DNA of 63,248 nt, the filler included, from Basidiobolus ranarum (taxonomy: Eukaryota), in assembly GCA_040143965.1 (NCBI GenBank). It is 32 parts of 32 records of this genome, joined end to end, with 100 filler letters (N's around TTAATTAATTAA, not from the genome) between each part and the next. Parts side by side here need not be neighbours in the genome. Positions count along the whole stretch, not along the records: positions 39,656 to 41,532 come from JASJQH010011044.1; positions 41,633 to 43,509 come from JASJQH010011045.1; positions 43,610 to 45,485 come from JASJQH010011046.1; positions 45,586 to 47,461 come from JASJQH010011047.1; positions 47,562 to 49,436 come from JASJQH010011048.1; positions 49,537 to 51,411 come from JASJQH010011049.1; positions 51,512 to 53,385 come from JASJQH010011050.1; 25 more parts are not named here. One strand, written 5' to 3'. The first letter of the stretch is position 1; every line of letters starts with the position of its first letter. The notes under the pieces are model-generated. The model worked only from the letters and a program-made list of their open reading frames with translations. It made no database searches and was not told where the DNA came from. Both the position numbers and the translations under genes were made by a program. Of the stretch, positions 39,956-52,122 are shown one piece after another.

Positions 39956-40994
39956 TATTAACTTGCACCGATGTGGTAGTGCTCTATAGTTAAGTGTAAA
40001 AGATAATTGAATTTAGTCAAGGAATGAAGGTCGACTTATATAGTAAGAACATCCATTCTTTTTGACTTCGTTCGGTAGGTTCGGATGGTTTCTTGCCATG
40101 AATTATACAAATATGGATACCGAAGATCCGTAGGAGGAATTGAGTTTAAACGAACTTCATCGATATCAACTGAAAATTTGATTTTCCGATTAATAGTGGA
40201 AATTGCTCTAGGTGTAACTCAAGAAAATCACGTTCTCTAGTATTGTAGATATCGCCCAAATCTAACAAAAGCAGTATCTGCGTAAACTAGTCACCATGTT
40301 GACTATATTTACTTGGCTATTATTTTTTCACGGACGCAGGGATTTGTTATTGTAACTAAGTTCCGCTTCACACTGACCAATGCACCAAGTTAAATAACAT
40401 CAAGCAATACAACTAACCATTCTCCATTTTTAGACATATATATTGTTTTGGAATGGTTAAGAGAGGGCAAAAATGGCAAAGCTCGAGTTTACTTTAAGCA
40501 TGTATACATAATGCATTACAACTAGTTCGTATGTTATTAAATACAAATACGAGAGAACTTCGGTCACGAAGGTCTCTTCCTCCATCATGTTGATATCTCA
40601 ATTCTATTGGTCAGGATATATATCATGAATTTTACACTATCATTGCCAGATTTTGACTTACTCATTCACTTCCTAATTCATAGTACAATAAAATTCCGTC
40701 TCGTCATAGCATAGACTTGGGTAAACCTTAGATAAATCTGATAGGTGTATATTTTTCGTTTCTTCCAACCCTCCAAGCAATTTATCGATCTGTGATAAAC
40801 AGGAATCACAGTAATTAATTGAATATTTTATTTTGTCAAAGTACTTTGTGTATCTAAAGTCTACTTAAGTCTCAAATTTGCTTTGCGCTCAGCACTCAGT
40901 CTAATTGGATATTTCTGTATTTAACATATAGTCTATTGCCTTGCATTTGGTGTTGTTATAGATGTATACAGTACTCTCCATAAATCAGTTGGAA

Positions 40995-41198
40995 TGTGTT
41001 AGGGAAGCTCCCAGAAACATATCTTCAAAGTTTGGGGCTTTTAGGACAAGTTCTCAAAATGTTTTAAGTAAATTCCTCTGGTGCTGATATCTTAGCTTGA
41101 TATGAAATAACTAATTACTAAGCTACACATTGTTAAAGTATCTGGGAGCCTGTTGCAAGTGGTTTGGAAAATTAGAGAAATTGGTGGTTGCTACTTAA
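40995..41198 (-). repeat. Two LTR-A fragments
   Basis: Degenerate piece to about 41129, then TGTTAAAGTATCTGGGAGCC cut by LTR-E. Confidence 0.7.
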
Positions 41199-41532
41199 TG
41201 TCATGATTCTGATCTTGGCATACTGATCCACTGCAAATAGAACTCTTCTATTATTAGATTATGACATCATATCTGCTGTGCCATCCCTTCTTGGCAATCT
41301 GGTGTCAGTTCATCCAGATTATCTTATATGGAAGTCATGTTCTTTGGAACATTCCATGAAACCTAACCAATCATGTCATCCTACACATAGTGTATTTCTG
41401 CCAAGACCTTCCATGGAAGGTCACCTGATCATCCTTATATCATCTCTCTTTGTATTGGTCCTTGTAGTCCCCAACACCCAACTCTTGAACTTGCCACAGT
41501 ATATTCCCTATTAAGTATATTATGTTTCACCA
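41199..41532 (+). repeat. Gypsy-type LTR family E, 5' part, inserted in LTR-A
   Basis: Starts TGTCATGATTCTGATC. Confidence 0.88.
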
Positions 41533-42061
41533 NNNNNNNNNNNNNNNNNNNNNNNNNNNNNNNNNNNNNNNNNNNNTTAATTAATTAANNNNNNNNNNNN
41601 NNNNNNNNNNNNNNNNNNNNNNNNNNNNNNNNGGTTCACATATTATGCTTGTGTATAGATATCTTAAAACATAATTTATTTGCAATAGCAGTCAGCATTG
41701 AGTATGTTATCAAACGGCATAATGGTGACTAGATGGATGAGATCTATATGTTCGTATATAGCTTTGTAATTAGTTATTCCATATTTCACTAAGATGTCAC
41801 TTACTATTCTCAATTTGAACTTACCAGGTAGTTCTCAGATATGTAGGCTTTCAAGCTTGTATTTCAGGCACCAACTTTTGCACACATGTCCCTTGGACTT
41901 CCACTCCACATGTTTGCTTACCTACACATGACAAAGCTATAAATGTCAATTTTACACAACAAATATGATTTGTAAACATGTAACCAAACAAACATTCAAT
42001 TTGTGTTAGCAAAGGTCCCAGGGACATGTGTACAAAGCTTGGGGCCTCTAGCATGAGTTAG

Positions 42062-42690
42062 TGATGAAATAAGAATTACCTAAACACCCATATAGCCATA
42101 TATAGCTTATTATTTAGTTATCAAATATTTCACTGGGATATCACCCATGATTCTCAATTAATATTTGCTTAGAATATTTTTACAAACTTAGATGTTCTCT
42201 GGCTTATAGATAATTCAACCTATATCTGAGGTGCTGAACTATGCACACCTATTTCTGGGGCCTTCCTTAATTCATTATACAGGTATGTTTGTTTACATGT
42301 TAACAAAATTATCAAGATCTACTTTCACTCAATAAATCAATATGTGAAAGCCATCAATCTCCCTAGCTCTGCAAACCATTTCTAACTGGCTCCAGGAATA
42401 TGTTAACAGGCTATGGGCCCCAAGCTTGCACTCTCCATATCACCATTTCTCAAATTTCTGAAATATTTCTCACTTCCAAAATATTGAATGGAACCAATTA
42501 TCAATTTTGGAAAATTAGAAAGAAAATGCTGCTGCAAGAAAAAAGACTATGTGACACTTCTGTTGGAGAAGAAGCAAGTAAAAGATTCTCTGAAACCAGA
42601 GTTTTATTCCAGGTTAAAAAAGAGCAAAGTATGTTCAACACAATTTGTCCAATATCAAAGGCACATTCTTAAAGCAATATTCAGCAGTGT
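42062..42690 (+). mobile_element. Old Copia family A 5' end: LTR to 42408, PBS 42409..42420, gag start
   Basis: TTAACA then GGCTATGGGCCC; ILNGTNYQFWKIRKKMLLQEKRL. Confidence 0.82.
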
Positions 42691-42892
42691 TGTGTTCTAG
42701 GGAAAAGTAGATAAAAAGTCTTGAACTTTACTAGGCCAAAGTAATAGTCAAGAACAGAGTCCTAGAACTATTTAAGCATACTCATGTGATAGAGTCAGGT
42801 GAATTGTTACCATAGTGATAAACTAATAAGATACCTAGGTAAATTAATTAGAGATTGTGTATGTTAAGCAACTTTCAGTGATGGTGCACATC

Positions 42893-43509
42893 TATTGGGA
42901 AAATTCCAATATGGAATTGCTAATTCTCACATTATTCACATATATATATAATACATGCTCTGATTTTCAGTTAAGTGATATTTGACTAAGTAATATTAAT
43001 TAACTTATATGTGATATATGAAATAGTTAGATGTACAAAGATAGAGATAAAAATATGATAAAGACAATAAACTTCAACACTCCCACTCAACTAAATACTC
43101 ATATATCCTAATCCTAACTTAAATCTTAATTCTTCAAAATTTTGGCTTGGGTAATGATTTGGCAAGGATGTCAGCAATGATGCACTCAGTTGGACAGTAC
43201 TCTAGTTGGACATGCTTATTCTCAATATCTTCCCTAACAAAGTGATGTTGAATATCAATGTGCTTACTTCTAGTATGAAATTTGGGATTTTTATAAAAAG
43301 AAATACAACTTTGATTATCCTTGAAAACTATGGTGGGTGAACTTTGAAAAATGCCCAAGTCTTTGAACAGTTTCCTTAACCACATAGCCTCCTTTGTTGT
43401 ATGTGATGCTGCCATGTACTCTGCTTCAGTTGTTGAAAGTGCTATGATGGGTTGTTTCTTGCTATTCCAAGATAAGGCTGCTTCACTATAGAGAAAGGTA
43501 TATCCAGTG
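42893..43509 (-). mobile_element. Copia family B 3' end: RNase H, PPT and internally deleted LTR (42893..43079)
   Basis: KEAMWLRKL, KDNQSCI, RSKHIDIQHHFVRE, IADILAK; TTGAGTGGGAG before TGTTGAAG. Confidence 0.92.
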
Positions 43510-43609
43510 NNNNNNNNNNNNNNNNNNNNNNNNNNNNNNNNNNNNNNNNNNNNTTAATTAATTAANNNNNNNNNNNNNNNNNNNNNNNNNNNNNNNNNNN
43601 NNNNNNNNN

Positions 43610-43812
43610 GTTGATCCATAGTTCTCTGAGATTTTAGCCAATCATTTGCAAATATTTTGCAAGATCTTGAAATTTCACTCCTGAAACTGAAAAAATTGAT
43701 TAAAATCAAATCTAACTTGATGTTTTTATGACAGTAAGTAAACGGTCAACCCCAAATGGATTAAAATTGTGATGGTTTTCCTACAATAACAATCCTCAAA
43801 TTTCTGTTAGGG
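43610..43812 (-). mobile_element. CMC left end nested in a transposase gene
   Basis: Ends TTTCTGTTAGGG. Confidence 0.88.
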
Positions 43813-45252
43813 TATAGTGGAAAATTCAATATGAATGAGCCATTTGAGATAGGATCAAAGTTTGAATAGATTGGGAAAATGCTTGAAAATGTCAAGATAC
43901 CATCATATTTTACCAGGACTCCCCTCAATATCCACTCTTCAAGGCTTTTATTCTAAAGCAAAGACTGGAAGTATTGAATTTGTACATATTCAAGTGGAAT
44001 TTTGAAAGATTTCTGCCTCATGGGTATTGCCAACATTGGGAGTTGTTTGTTGCTATTGTTAATCTACTCTTCTGGCATCAACTCACATTGGTAGATCTCA
44101 GCCAGATACAGCAATTTTGTGAAGTTTTTGTGATTGGATATGAAAAATTTTATAACAGGTTTAAAGAAGATAGACTGAATCTATGCAAGTATTCAATTTA
44201 TTTCCTGCTGCATCTTTCACAATGCTTAGAGACTGTAGGCCCTTGCTATACAATCTGGGAGTTCCCAATAGAGCACACCTGCGGTGAAATGATGCTTCAT
44301 GTGGAATTATCAGTATTACTGTATGCTAATTTGATTAACAATGTATCAGCTAAACAGTGATGGAGGTAATGCAATGGGTCAAGGAGACTCAAGAGTATAT
44401 TAACCTGCCAACAAAGGGCACTTTTCAATGTGCTCATGGGTTTTTGCATTGTTTAAGCACAATAACAGTAACAAAGCCCAATCCATGGACACAGAGTAAG
44501 TACCTCTATAATTGAACTAATTTGCCTGTGTGATAATCTGATGGTGTTTTTAGGAAAGCTGCAATATAGACTTCTTGGTGAGATAGATCAAGATACATAG
44601 TTTTATTGCTTTAGCCATGGGGTAATCTATTCAGGCAATGACACATCTACTTGTAGCAGGATATTTGTTGACCACTAGTCAGGGATATATTGGCTAAATT
44701 CTTTATGGAAATTTGCCCAAATCCAGGATCTTACTCTCATTGTCAACAGTAACAAGAGTCAGCTATTTGCCAAGTGTCTGTGCTATTTAAAATTTCAGAA
44801 GTTTAGCAATTTTTCCACTGTTAGTTTGATGGTAAAGCATGTTGATGATGTTGAGTTATGTTTAATTAGTCAAGTATGTGTATATGGAGAGACTAAACAC
44901 AACAAGATTCTTGTATTGTTCAATTCTCTTTATTGCTGGAATACAAAGCTCAAAGTATCTAAACAAAAGCATGCATATTAAATCAAATTCCTACAGCAGT
45001 TAACCCAGTAACTTACCATTTGAAAATTATATTTTTTCAAAAACTGCCAGATGTTTGATAACGCATGCCAAATTTGAGGATCAATGCTTTAACATGCATG
45101 AATACCATCAAAATACTGTCAAGAAACTACCATCGCACCATCAGAATCCCTGTCAGAATGCAAGCCACCAATATTGTGACAGTTCTCTGATGGTTGTTCT
45201 ATTTTGGCAGGTGGATCCAATCTGGATTAAATTGATTTTATTTTTGTTAGAG
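43813..45252 (+). mobile_element. CMC transposase C-terminal half with intron (44496..44553) and right end
   Basis: FVIGYEKFY, LLHLSQCLETVGPCYTIWEFPIEHTCG; GTAAGT...TAG intron; ends TTTTTGTTAGAG. Confidence 0.88.
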
Positions 45253-45485
45253 TACTATACAAATACAAAACCAAACTCTATGATTTTACCATCATGAGCC
45301 CAGTCAGATTTCAACATGATTACTGATATCAATTCACTAAATAGTTAGTCTAACATCAAACTTTGTATTAGCCATAAGCCCAAGATTTTATTGCCAAAGG
45401 GGATCAGCTGGAGCCAGAGCTTCCCATTATGCACTATGCACATACTATTCAACAACATTCCAATACTACTTACTCTGCTATATAG
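45253..45485 (+). pseudogene. CMC transposase central fragment
   Basis: KGISWSQSFPLCTMHILFNNIP. Confidence 0.78.
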
Positions 45486-45585
45486 NNNNNNNNNNNNNNN
45501 NNNNNNNNNNNNNNNNNNNNNNNNNNNNNTTAATTAATTAANNNNNNNNNNNNNNNNNNNNNNNNNNNNNNNNNNNNNNNNNNNN

Positions 45586-45941
45586 CTCACAACCTGTTAA
45601 AGTATTTGGGAGCCTGTTGGAAGTGGTTTGGAGAATTTGAGGAATTGGTGGTTTTCATGTATTGATATATTGAGTAGATAGTTCACATTTATAGCTTTGT
45701 CAAGATGTAAACAAACTAACATGTAGAATGTGCTAAGGAAGGTCCCAGGAACATGTGTGCAGAGTTTGGGGCTTCTAGCTCAAGTTTGAAAAACCCATGT
45801 ATCTGAGAACTTCTAAGTTGGTAAAATTTTTGAAGTAAATTCTTATTGAGAATAACTGACAATATCTTAGTAAATTAGAAAATAACTAAGTACTAAGTTA
45901 TATATCACTATATAGGTGTTTAGGCATGGCTAATTTCAACT
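45586..45941 (-). repeat. Copia family A 5' LTR (45595..45941) and PBS remnant
   Basis: Minus strand reads TTTAACA then GGTTGTGAG at the contig edge. Confidence 0.88.
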
Positions 45942-46116
45942 AATTAAGTGTGATGTAAAGGTGTTGTTCATATTGAAACTATTATTAGAAACATGACTCC
46001 AATCTTTGTATTAGAGAACTTTATCATATATCTACTCCAGAAGAACTTTCAAAAGAAGAAAGCAGTATATTTACTTCTACATAATAGGCTTTTGAGATCC
46101 TTTGCAATCATGAAAC

Positions 46117-46494
46117 TATTGGGAAAATGTGGGCTGTTTGGATGAACTGTAAAAAAGTGAAGTTGAGAATTGCTTTCTGAGATAATTAGTTATTGTCTAG
46201 AAATGAAGCATTTATGCATTTTAGTGGATATACAGAAAACTGACACTGGGGTTGTGTTCAGAACATCTGTGGGAGTAAAATGAGATAACTTTGGGGCAAT
46301 TTAGAAGAGTTTGAGAACTCCAATATGGAATTGCTAATTCTCACATCACTCACATTTATATATTTGATATATATTGTGATTTTCAGCTAAGTGATATTTG
46401 ACTAAGTAATGTTAACTAACTTATATGCAATATATGAAATACTTAAGTGTATAAAGATAGAAATAACAAACATGCTAAAAAAAATAACTTCAAC
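46117..46494 (-). repeat. Copia LTR family B, full length
   Basis: Reverse match to 9407..9783. Confidence 0.87.
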
Positions 46495-46539
46495 TGATCC
46501 CCAATCCCACTCTATTGTCTCCTGTTTTCTTCTTTTGGA

Positions 46540-47461
46540 TCATTTATTTGTGTCTGTCCTATTGTGACCACTTAAGTGGACTCAAAGACATGGTACATTG
46601 ATTCAGGCGCTTCCCAATACACATCAAACAAGAAAGATGAGTTTTCCATCTTAAAACCAATCTAAACAAGGAAAGTCTCCTTTGTTGATGACTATGCACT
46701 AGATGCTCTTGGTAAGGGCACAGTTGTGCTCAATTTAGACCAAAATTCAGCCACACCATCTCCAAGATTAGATGAAGTACTCAATGTGCCACATATAGCC
46801 AAGAATGTACTCTCAGTAAGCCACGCAATGGCTGAAGAACTAAACTTTGTGTTCATCAAGGCTGAATGCACTAGCACAGAGCAGTGCAATGCCAAATTAG
46901 ATACTGGGATCAAAACTCAAAACTTACACAAGCTAGATATAAACAAATTGCATTCTGAGCATGCAAACCTGGCTAGATCTGGTGAAATAAGCTCTCAAAC
47001 ATGGCATCAAGCATTAGACCATATGGGGGAACAAAAACTGACCCAAATGATCCAAAATCAGCTTGTTTCAGGCTTGGAAATTGAAATATAACTAAATTGG
47101 ATCTGTGTGAACTTTGCATAGATGGAAAACATCTTAGACAGCCAATTTCAAGCTCTGGAAAGATCAAATCCACTCCAAAGCTTGCCCTGCCTCATTCACT
47201 CCTCTGTGGGCCCATGAAAAATGTCTCAGTAGGGGGGAAAAGGTGCTTTATGACCTTTATTCATGACAAAACTAGATACTCTTTTGTGCTCTTTCTGAAA
47301 TCAAAATCTGAAGCCTTAGCTGTGTTCAAGCACTACAAAGCAATGGTTGACAAAGAATATGCACAGAAAATAAGGGTACTAAGTAGTGCTAATGGTGAAG
47401 AACAGTGCTCTAAAAACTATGCTTGTTTTGTCTATACATGGAATTAAGCAACAAATTGCTG
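46540..47461 (+). pseudogene. Copia protease to integrase, decayed; same family as 3978..5864
   Basis: WYIDSGASQ, TWHQALDH, CELCIDGK, LCGPM; nucleotide-colinear with 3978..4780. Confidence 0.92.
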
Positions 47462-47561
47462 NNNNNNNNNNNNNNNNNNNNNNNNNNNNNNNNNNNNNNN
47501 NNNNNTTAATTAATTAANNNNNNNNNNNNNNNNNNNNNNNNNNNNNNNNNNNNNNNNNNNN

Positions 47562-47804
47562 CAAGTTACCAGGTGTGATGAAGTCTTGTTGTCCCACTTG
47601 ATAAGGCGTATTGTCGAGAAAGCTCACGACTGATTCTGGGACGGACTGGATGGTGACCTGTACCGGGTTGCATGCATTAAGCCCAATGAGGTTCTGTTGC
47701 TCGCTGGTGAGCACATTGCAATTATCAAGAGGGGCAGCTGTAACATAGCGTGCAAGAACTGCAGCAGACGATAGAAGAGAAAAAACTGCGCTGGAGAAAT
47801 GCAT
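47562..47804 (-). CDS. Probable secreted protein of unknown function, N-terminus
   Basis: MHFSSAVFSLLSSAAVLARYVTAAPL signal-peptide-like; TATATA about 55 bp upstream; open to the contig end; CpG-normal. Confidence 0.65.
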
Positions 47805-49536
47805 TATTGGAGGAGAAGTAATCACTGTGAGTTGAATGTGTGGATACTTTTCATACGGTATATATAACATTTGACACCGAATTATCCAATAAATGGAGGA
47901 CCAACTCCTCATGGAAGTAGTCAATATCTATCTGTGAAAACAATCTTACCGTCAATTGAGCGATCTAGAACGAAACTGATCTTCCATAATACTAGTTAAG
48001 TATGTGAGATTACTTTTTTCCGGGATCAAGAGATATATGATAGAACTGGTAAATATGACGCAGCTGTGTGTCGATTCTTGCGACTGTTTTTGTCCAATTA
48101 TTGGTTCAATCGGTTCTAACGACAATCACTTACCAGAACATAAAGAGTATATCAGGGCAACAGAACATTATGGTATATCGGAATACAAAGCCTCCGAAAT
48201 CATTCACAGAAGAAGTCAGTCAAGGGAATAGGAAATTGCATATTCTACCACAATCTCAATTTGAGGAATATCCAAATTCGATCGGGAAATTTGATTTCGC
48301 GTCTCTAAATTATCTACAAAAGACTAGCCAAATACTAATCATTGTACTACATACAATCGATGATTGGTGACACTAACTGTTGGTTCAAGACTTTGCCGAC
48401 GATCACATACACTACCATATATAGATGCGAGTTCAAAGAGTCTATCAGATCAGTCAGCCTCCCATTATTGACCCCAAAATGATACCTAATAGAAGCAGCT
48501 AAGGTGAGAAGTGAATAAATGAAATAGAAAAGAAGTTCATTTAGAATGTAATCTAGATTCGGAGAATAAGAGGTTTCAGTTGGTGAATCATCATTGGATG
48601 GCAAATCACAATAACAACGACGTTTCTGGACTTTTCGAATCATCACAAAAAGGATTGCACAAGGACATTTTTTAAATTAGTGGGGCACAGTATTTGATTT
48701 GGTTGAACTAAACATTAGATGTGAATATTTCGGTACAATCTATCCAGAATGAATTAAGAGATAGACAGTTTTTAAAATCTATCCATATTCAGCGGTAAAC
48801 TCCACACATATATACTACCTAATCCCTCTCACGTAGTGGTCCATCTTCTATCGAATCGTTTACGCAATGCTCTACGTTACTATTAGTGACTATTCCAAGT
48901 AAAAATATCCGTTGACGTTCAAACTAGGAAAGATTAGCTGATCTGATTCTTAGGAGGCATGATCATATTGAATTCATATTAAGTAAAGTCAATCATTATC
49001 GAATCTTAGAATGGAAGGCTATTGAACAGTGTGGAATTCAGAACAAAAGTAGACCGAAAACGTCTTACCTTTTGAGCAATACTGTATACATCCATATGTG
49101 CTTGAAGGTAAATCTCCCCAGAATCATTACATTATCAAAACTAGCATATTGCCGATTTCGTGTAACATAATAGGTACCGAATTAAACAGCTTGGTATAGA
49201 TCCTGAGTAAAGAATGTATGTACAAATTGTATGTTGCTTAATGTGACTTGTTAAAAGGGTACCTGTTTATTGTATTATTTTTGCTTACATTAATCTATTA
49301 AGGGAATATCTTTTGTCATCTGAGGGTTCAATAAACCCATGAGATAGCATCTTTGGGAATGTCGTTTCCGTACTGTTCATCGGTGCTGCTAGGATGTTTC
49401 TTTATCAAAGTGCTCCTGATTCCGGTTTTCTTGATANNNNNNNNNNNNNNNNNNNNNNNNNNNNNNNNNNNNNNNNNNNNTTAATTAATTAANNNNNNNN
49501 NNNNNNNNNNNNNNNNNNNNNNNNNNNNNNNNNNNN

Positions 49537-49872
49537 TGGGAGCCTGTTGGAAGTGGTTTGGAGAATTAGAGGAATTGGTGGTTTTCACTTATTGATATAT
49601 TGAGTAGAAAGTTGACATTTATAGTTTTGTCAAGATGTAAACAAACTGACGGGTAGAATGTGTTAAGGAAGGTCCCAGGAACATGTGTGCAAAGTTTGGG
49701 GCTTCTAGAACAAGTTTGAAAAATCCATATATCTGAGAACTTCTAAGTTGGTAAAAATATTCAAAGTAAATTCCGATTGAGAATAATTGATAATATCCAA
49801 GTGAATTATAAGATAACTAAGTACTAAGCTATATATGACTATATAGGTGTTTAGGCAATGCTAATTTCAACA
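49537..49872 (-). repeat. Copia LTR family A inserted in a CMC right arm
   Basis: Close reverse match to 51000..51335. Confidence 0.92.
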
Positions 49873-50158
49873 AATACAGGCATGCATATTAATTTGAATT
49901 CCTAAAGCAGTAAACCCAGAAATTTGCCATGCAAAAATTTGAATTTGCAAAAATTGCTGGAAATTAAATAACACATGCAAAATATGAGGATTAATATTTT
50001 GACATGTATGAATACCATCAAAATACCATCAAGAAGCTGCCATCTCACCATCAAATTCTCTGGCAGAATGCAAGCCATCATTTTGTGATGGTTTTCTGAT
50101 GGTTTAGCAATCCAGAATAGTGGATCCAATCTTGATCAAATTGATTTTTTTTTTAAAG
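49873..50158 (+). mobile_element. CMC right end, degenerate
   Basis: Matches 28175..28462; abuts another LTR-A half (about 50160..50316). Confidence 0.78.
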
Positions 50159-50999
50159 ATTTCTGCAACCTTCCTTAACACACTCTCAATGTTGGTTTGC
50201 TTACATCTTGACAAAACCATAAATGTTAACTTTCTAGTCAATAAATCTACAAGTGAAACCCACCAATTTCTCTGTTTCTCCAAACCACTTCCAGCAGGCT
50301 CCCAAATACTTTAACAAATTCCACTTAATATTGATTTAACTTGATTGCATTGTATTTATATCAATGACAATCAATTACTGCTAAAAATGACCATTGTACT
50401 AGTGGGGAGATGTTGCAATTGTTTTTGAAGATCTGAAGACCAGTAGGAGTGAATAATGGGTAACACCTTGATTCAATATAGGATAGCAAAAGCACTAAGC
50501 TATATACAACTATATAGTTGGTCAGGCATTGCTAATTTTAACCTCTATATGACTAGATAGATATTCAGGCTATGTTAATTTCAATAATAAATTCCAAAAT
50601 ATAGTGTTTAGGAATGGGCTCAGTCATGTTTAAGAATTGCATATGAATAGTTTCCACAATATAGAGGACCAACAAATAGTTACTGGTAAAATAATAATTT
50701 TCACAGTGTGAATTCAAAAGTGTTTCACTGGGAGTACTGAATTCAAATGTTAATATCATTTCAGACAGCAATGGAATATACCTAATACTTTTAGAAACTG
50801 TTGCTTGAACTAAGATGAAACTGAGTGCTAGATAGTAAGCAGATTTACACAGTGAATGCAGAGATTCAATCATCTGAAAAATGTTAAAAAAAGAGAATCA
50901 GCTGTGAATTGTATGGCATATGTAGGTCCAAACCCTTTGCTATGTTGCTTTCCTTTCAATAAAAAGATACCCAGATATTTCATATTGCAAATGAAATTC

Positions 51000-51411
51000 T
51001 GTTGAAATTAGCATTGCCTAAACACCTATATAGTCATATATAACTTAATACTTAGTTATCTTATAATTCACTAAGATATTATCTATTATTCTCAATTGGA
51101 ATTTACTTAGAATATTTTTTACCAACTTAGAAGTTCTCAGATAAATAGATTTTTTAAACTTGTGCTGGAAGCCCAAAATTTGGTACAGATGTTCCTGGGA
51201 CCTTCTTTAATACATTCTTCACATTAGTTTGTTTACATCTTGACAAAACTATAAATGTGAACTTTCTACTCATTAAATCAATAAGTAAACCCACCAATTT
51301 CTCTAATTCTCCAAACCACTTCCAACAGGCTCCCAAATACTTTAACAGGTTATGAGCCCCAAGCTTGGACTCTCTGTAATGTCTACTTCTCAAATTTATG
51401 GAACTTTTCCT
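51000..51411 (+). mobile_element. Copia family A 5' LTR (51000..51347), PBS (51348..51359) and gag start (51379)
   Basis: TGTTGAAA...TTTAACA then GGTTATGAGCCC; following sequence aligns with the gag start after 42420. Confidence 0.92.
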
Positions 51412-51536
51412 NNNNNNNNNNNNNNNNNNNNNNNNNNNNNNNNNNNNNNNNNNNNTTAATTAATTAANNNNNNNNNNNNNNNNNNNNNNNNNNNNNNNNN
51501 NNNNNNNNNNNCTTATGATGTCTGGAAGCCATCACT

Positions 51537-52096
51537 AAAGAAGGGGATACTGTCATGATTCTGATCCCGGCATAGTGATCCACTGCAAATAGAACTCTCT
51601 TATTATTAGATTATGACATCATATCTGCTGTGTCATCCCTTCATGGCAATCTGGTGTTAGTTCATCCAGATTACCTTATATGGTAGTCATGTTCTTTGGA
51701 ACATTCCATGAAGCCTAACTAATCGTGTCATCCCTCACATAGTGTATTTCTGCCAAGACCTTCCATGGAAGGTCACCTGATCATCCTTACATCATCTTTA
51801 CATCATCCCTCTTTGTATTGGTCCTCATAGTCCCCAACACCCCAACTCTTGAACTTGCCACAGTATATTCTGTATTAAGTATATTGTGTTTCATCTTGCA
51901 ATATCTATATAAGCCCCATGTATTCCTTGATCAGACTGAGGTCTGATCAACACCAGTTATTAATAAAGACTCTTACTGAAGTATCTTCCTTGTCCAGTCT
52001 TGTCTTGTCTTGTCTTGTGGTCTACACCCAAGTACTCTCCTGTCTTCTAGCCTCTTGTTGCTGTTCCCAGTCCTTGTCCAGTTCCTTATTGTGACA
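51537..52096 (+). repeat. PPT and complete 546-bp LTR family E (51551..52096), probably Ty3/Gypsy
   Basis: AAAGAAGGGGATAC then TGTCA...TGACA inverted termini; superfamily inferred from terminus style only. Confidence 0.85.
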
Positions 52097-52122
52097 ACAC
52101 TTGTGGTTAAATGCTGCTTTAT

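Noticed and set aside
47805..47924. Upstream extension of the secreted-protein ORF
   Set aside because: It spans the TATA-like box; the ATG at 47804 starts a clean signal peptide.
49335..49436. Possible C-terminus of a minus-strand gene (ending DIPKDAISWVY*)
   Set aside because: About 35 codons with no recognisable motif; unsupported.
51154..51393. ORFs inside LTRs (also 24445, 33779, 41278, 50120, 27010)
   Set aside because: Chance frames in non-coding LTR sequence, not kept open between copies.
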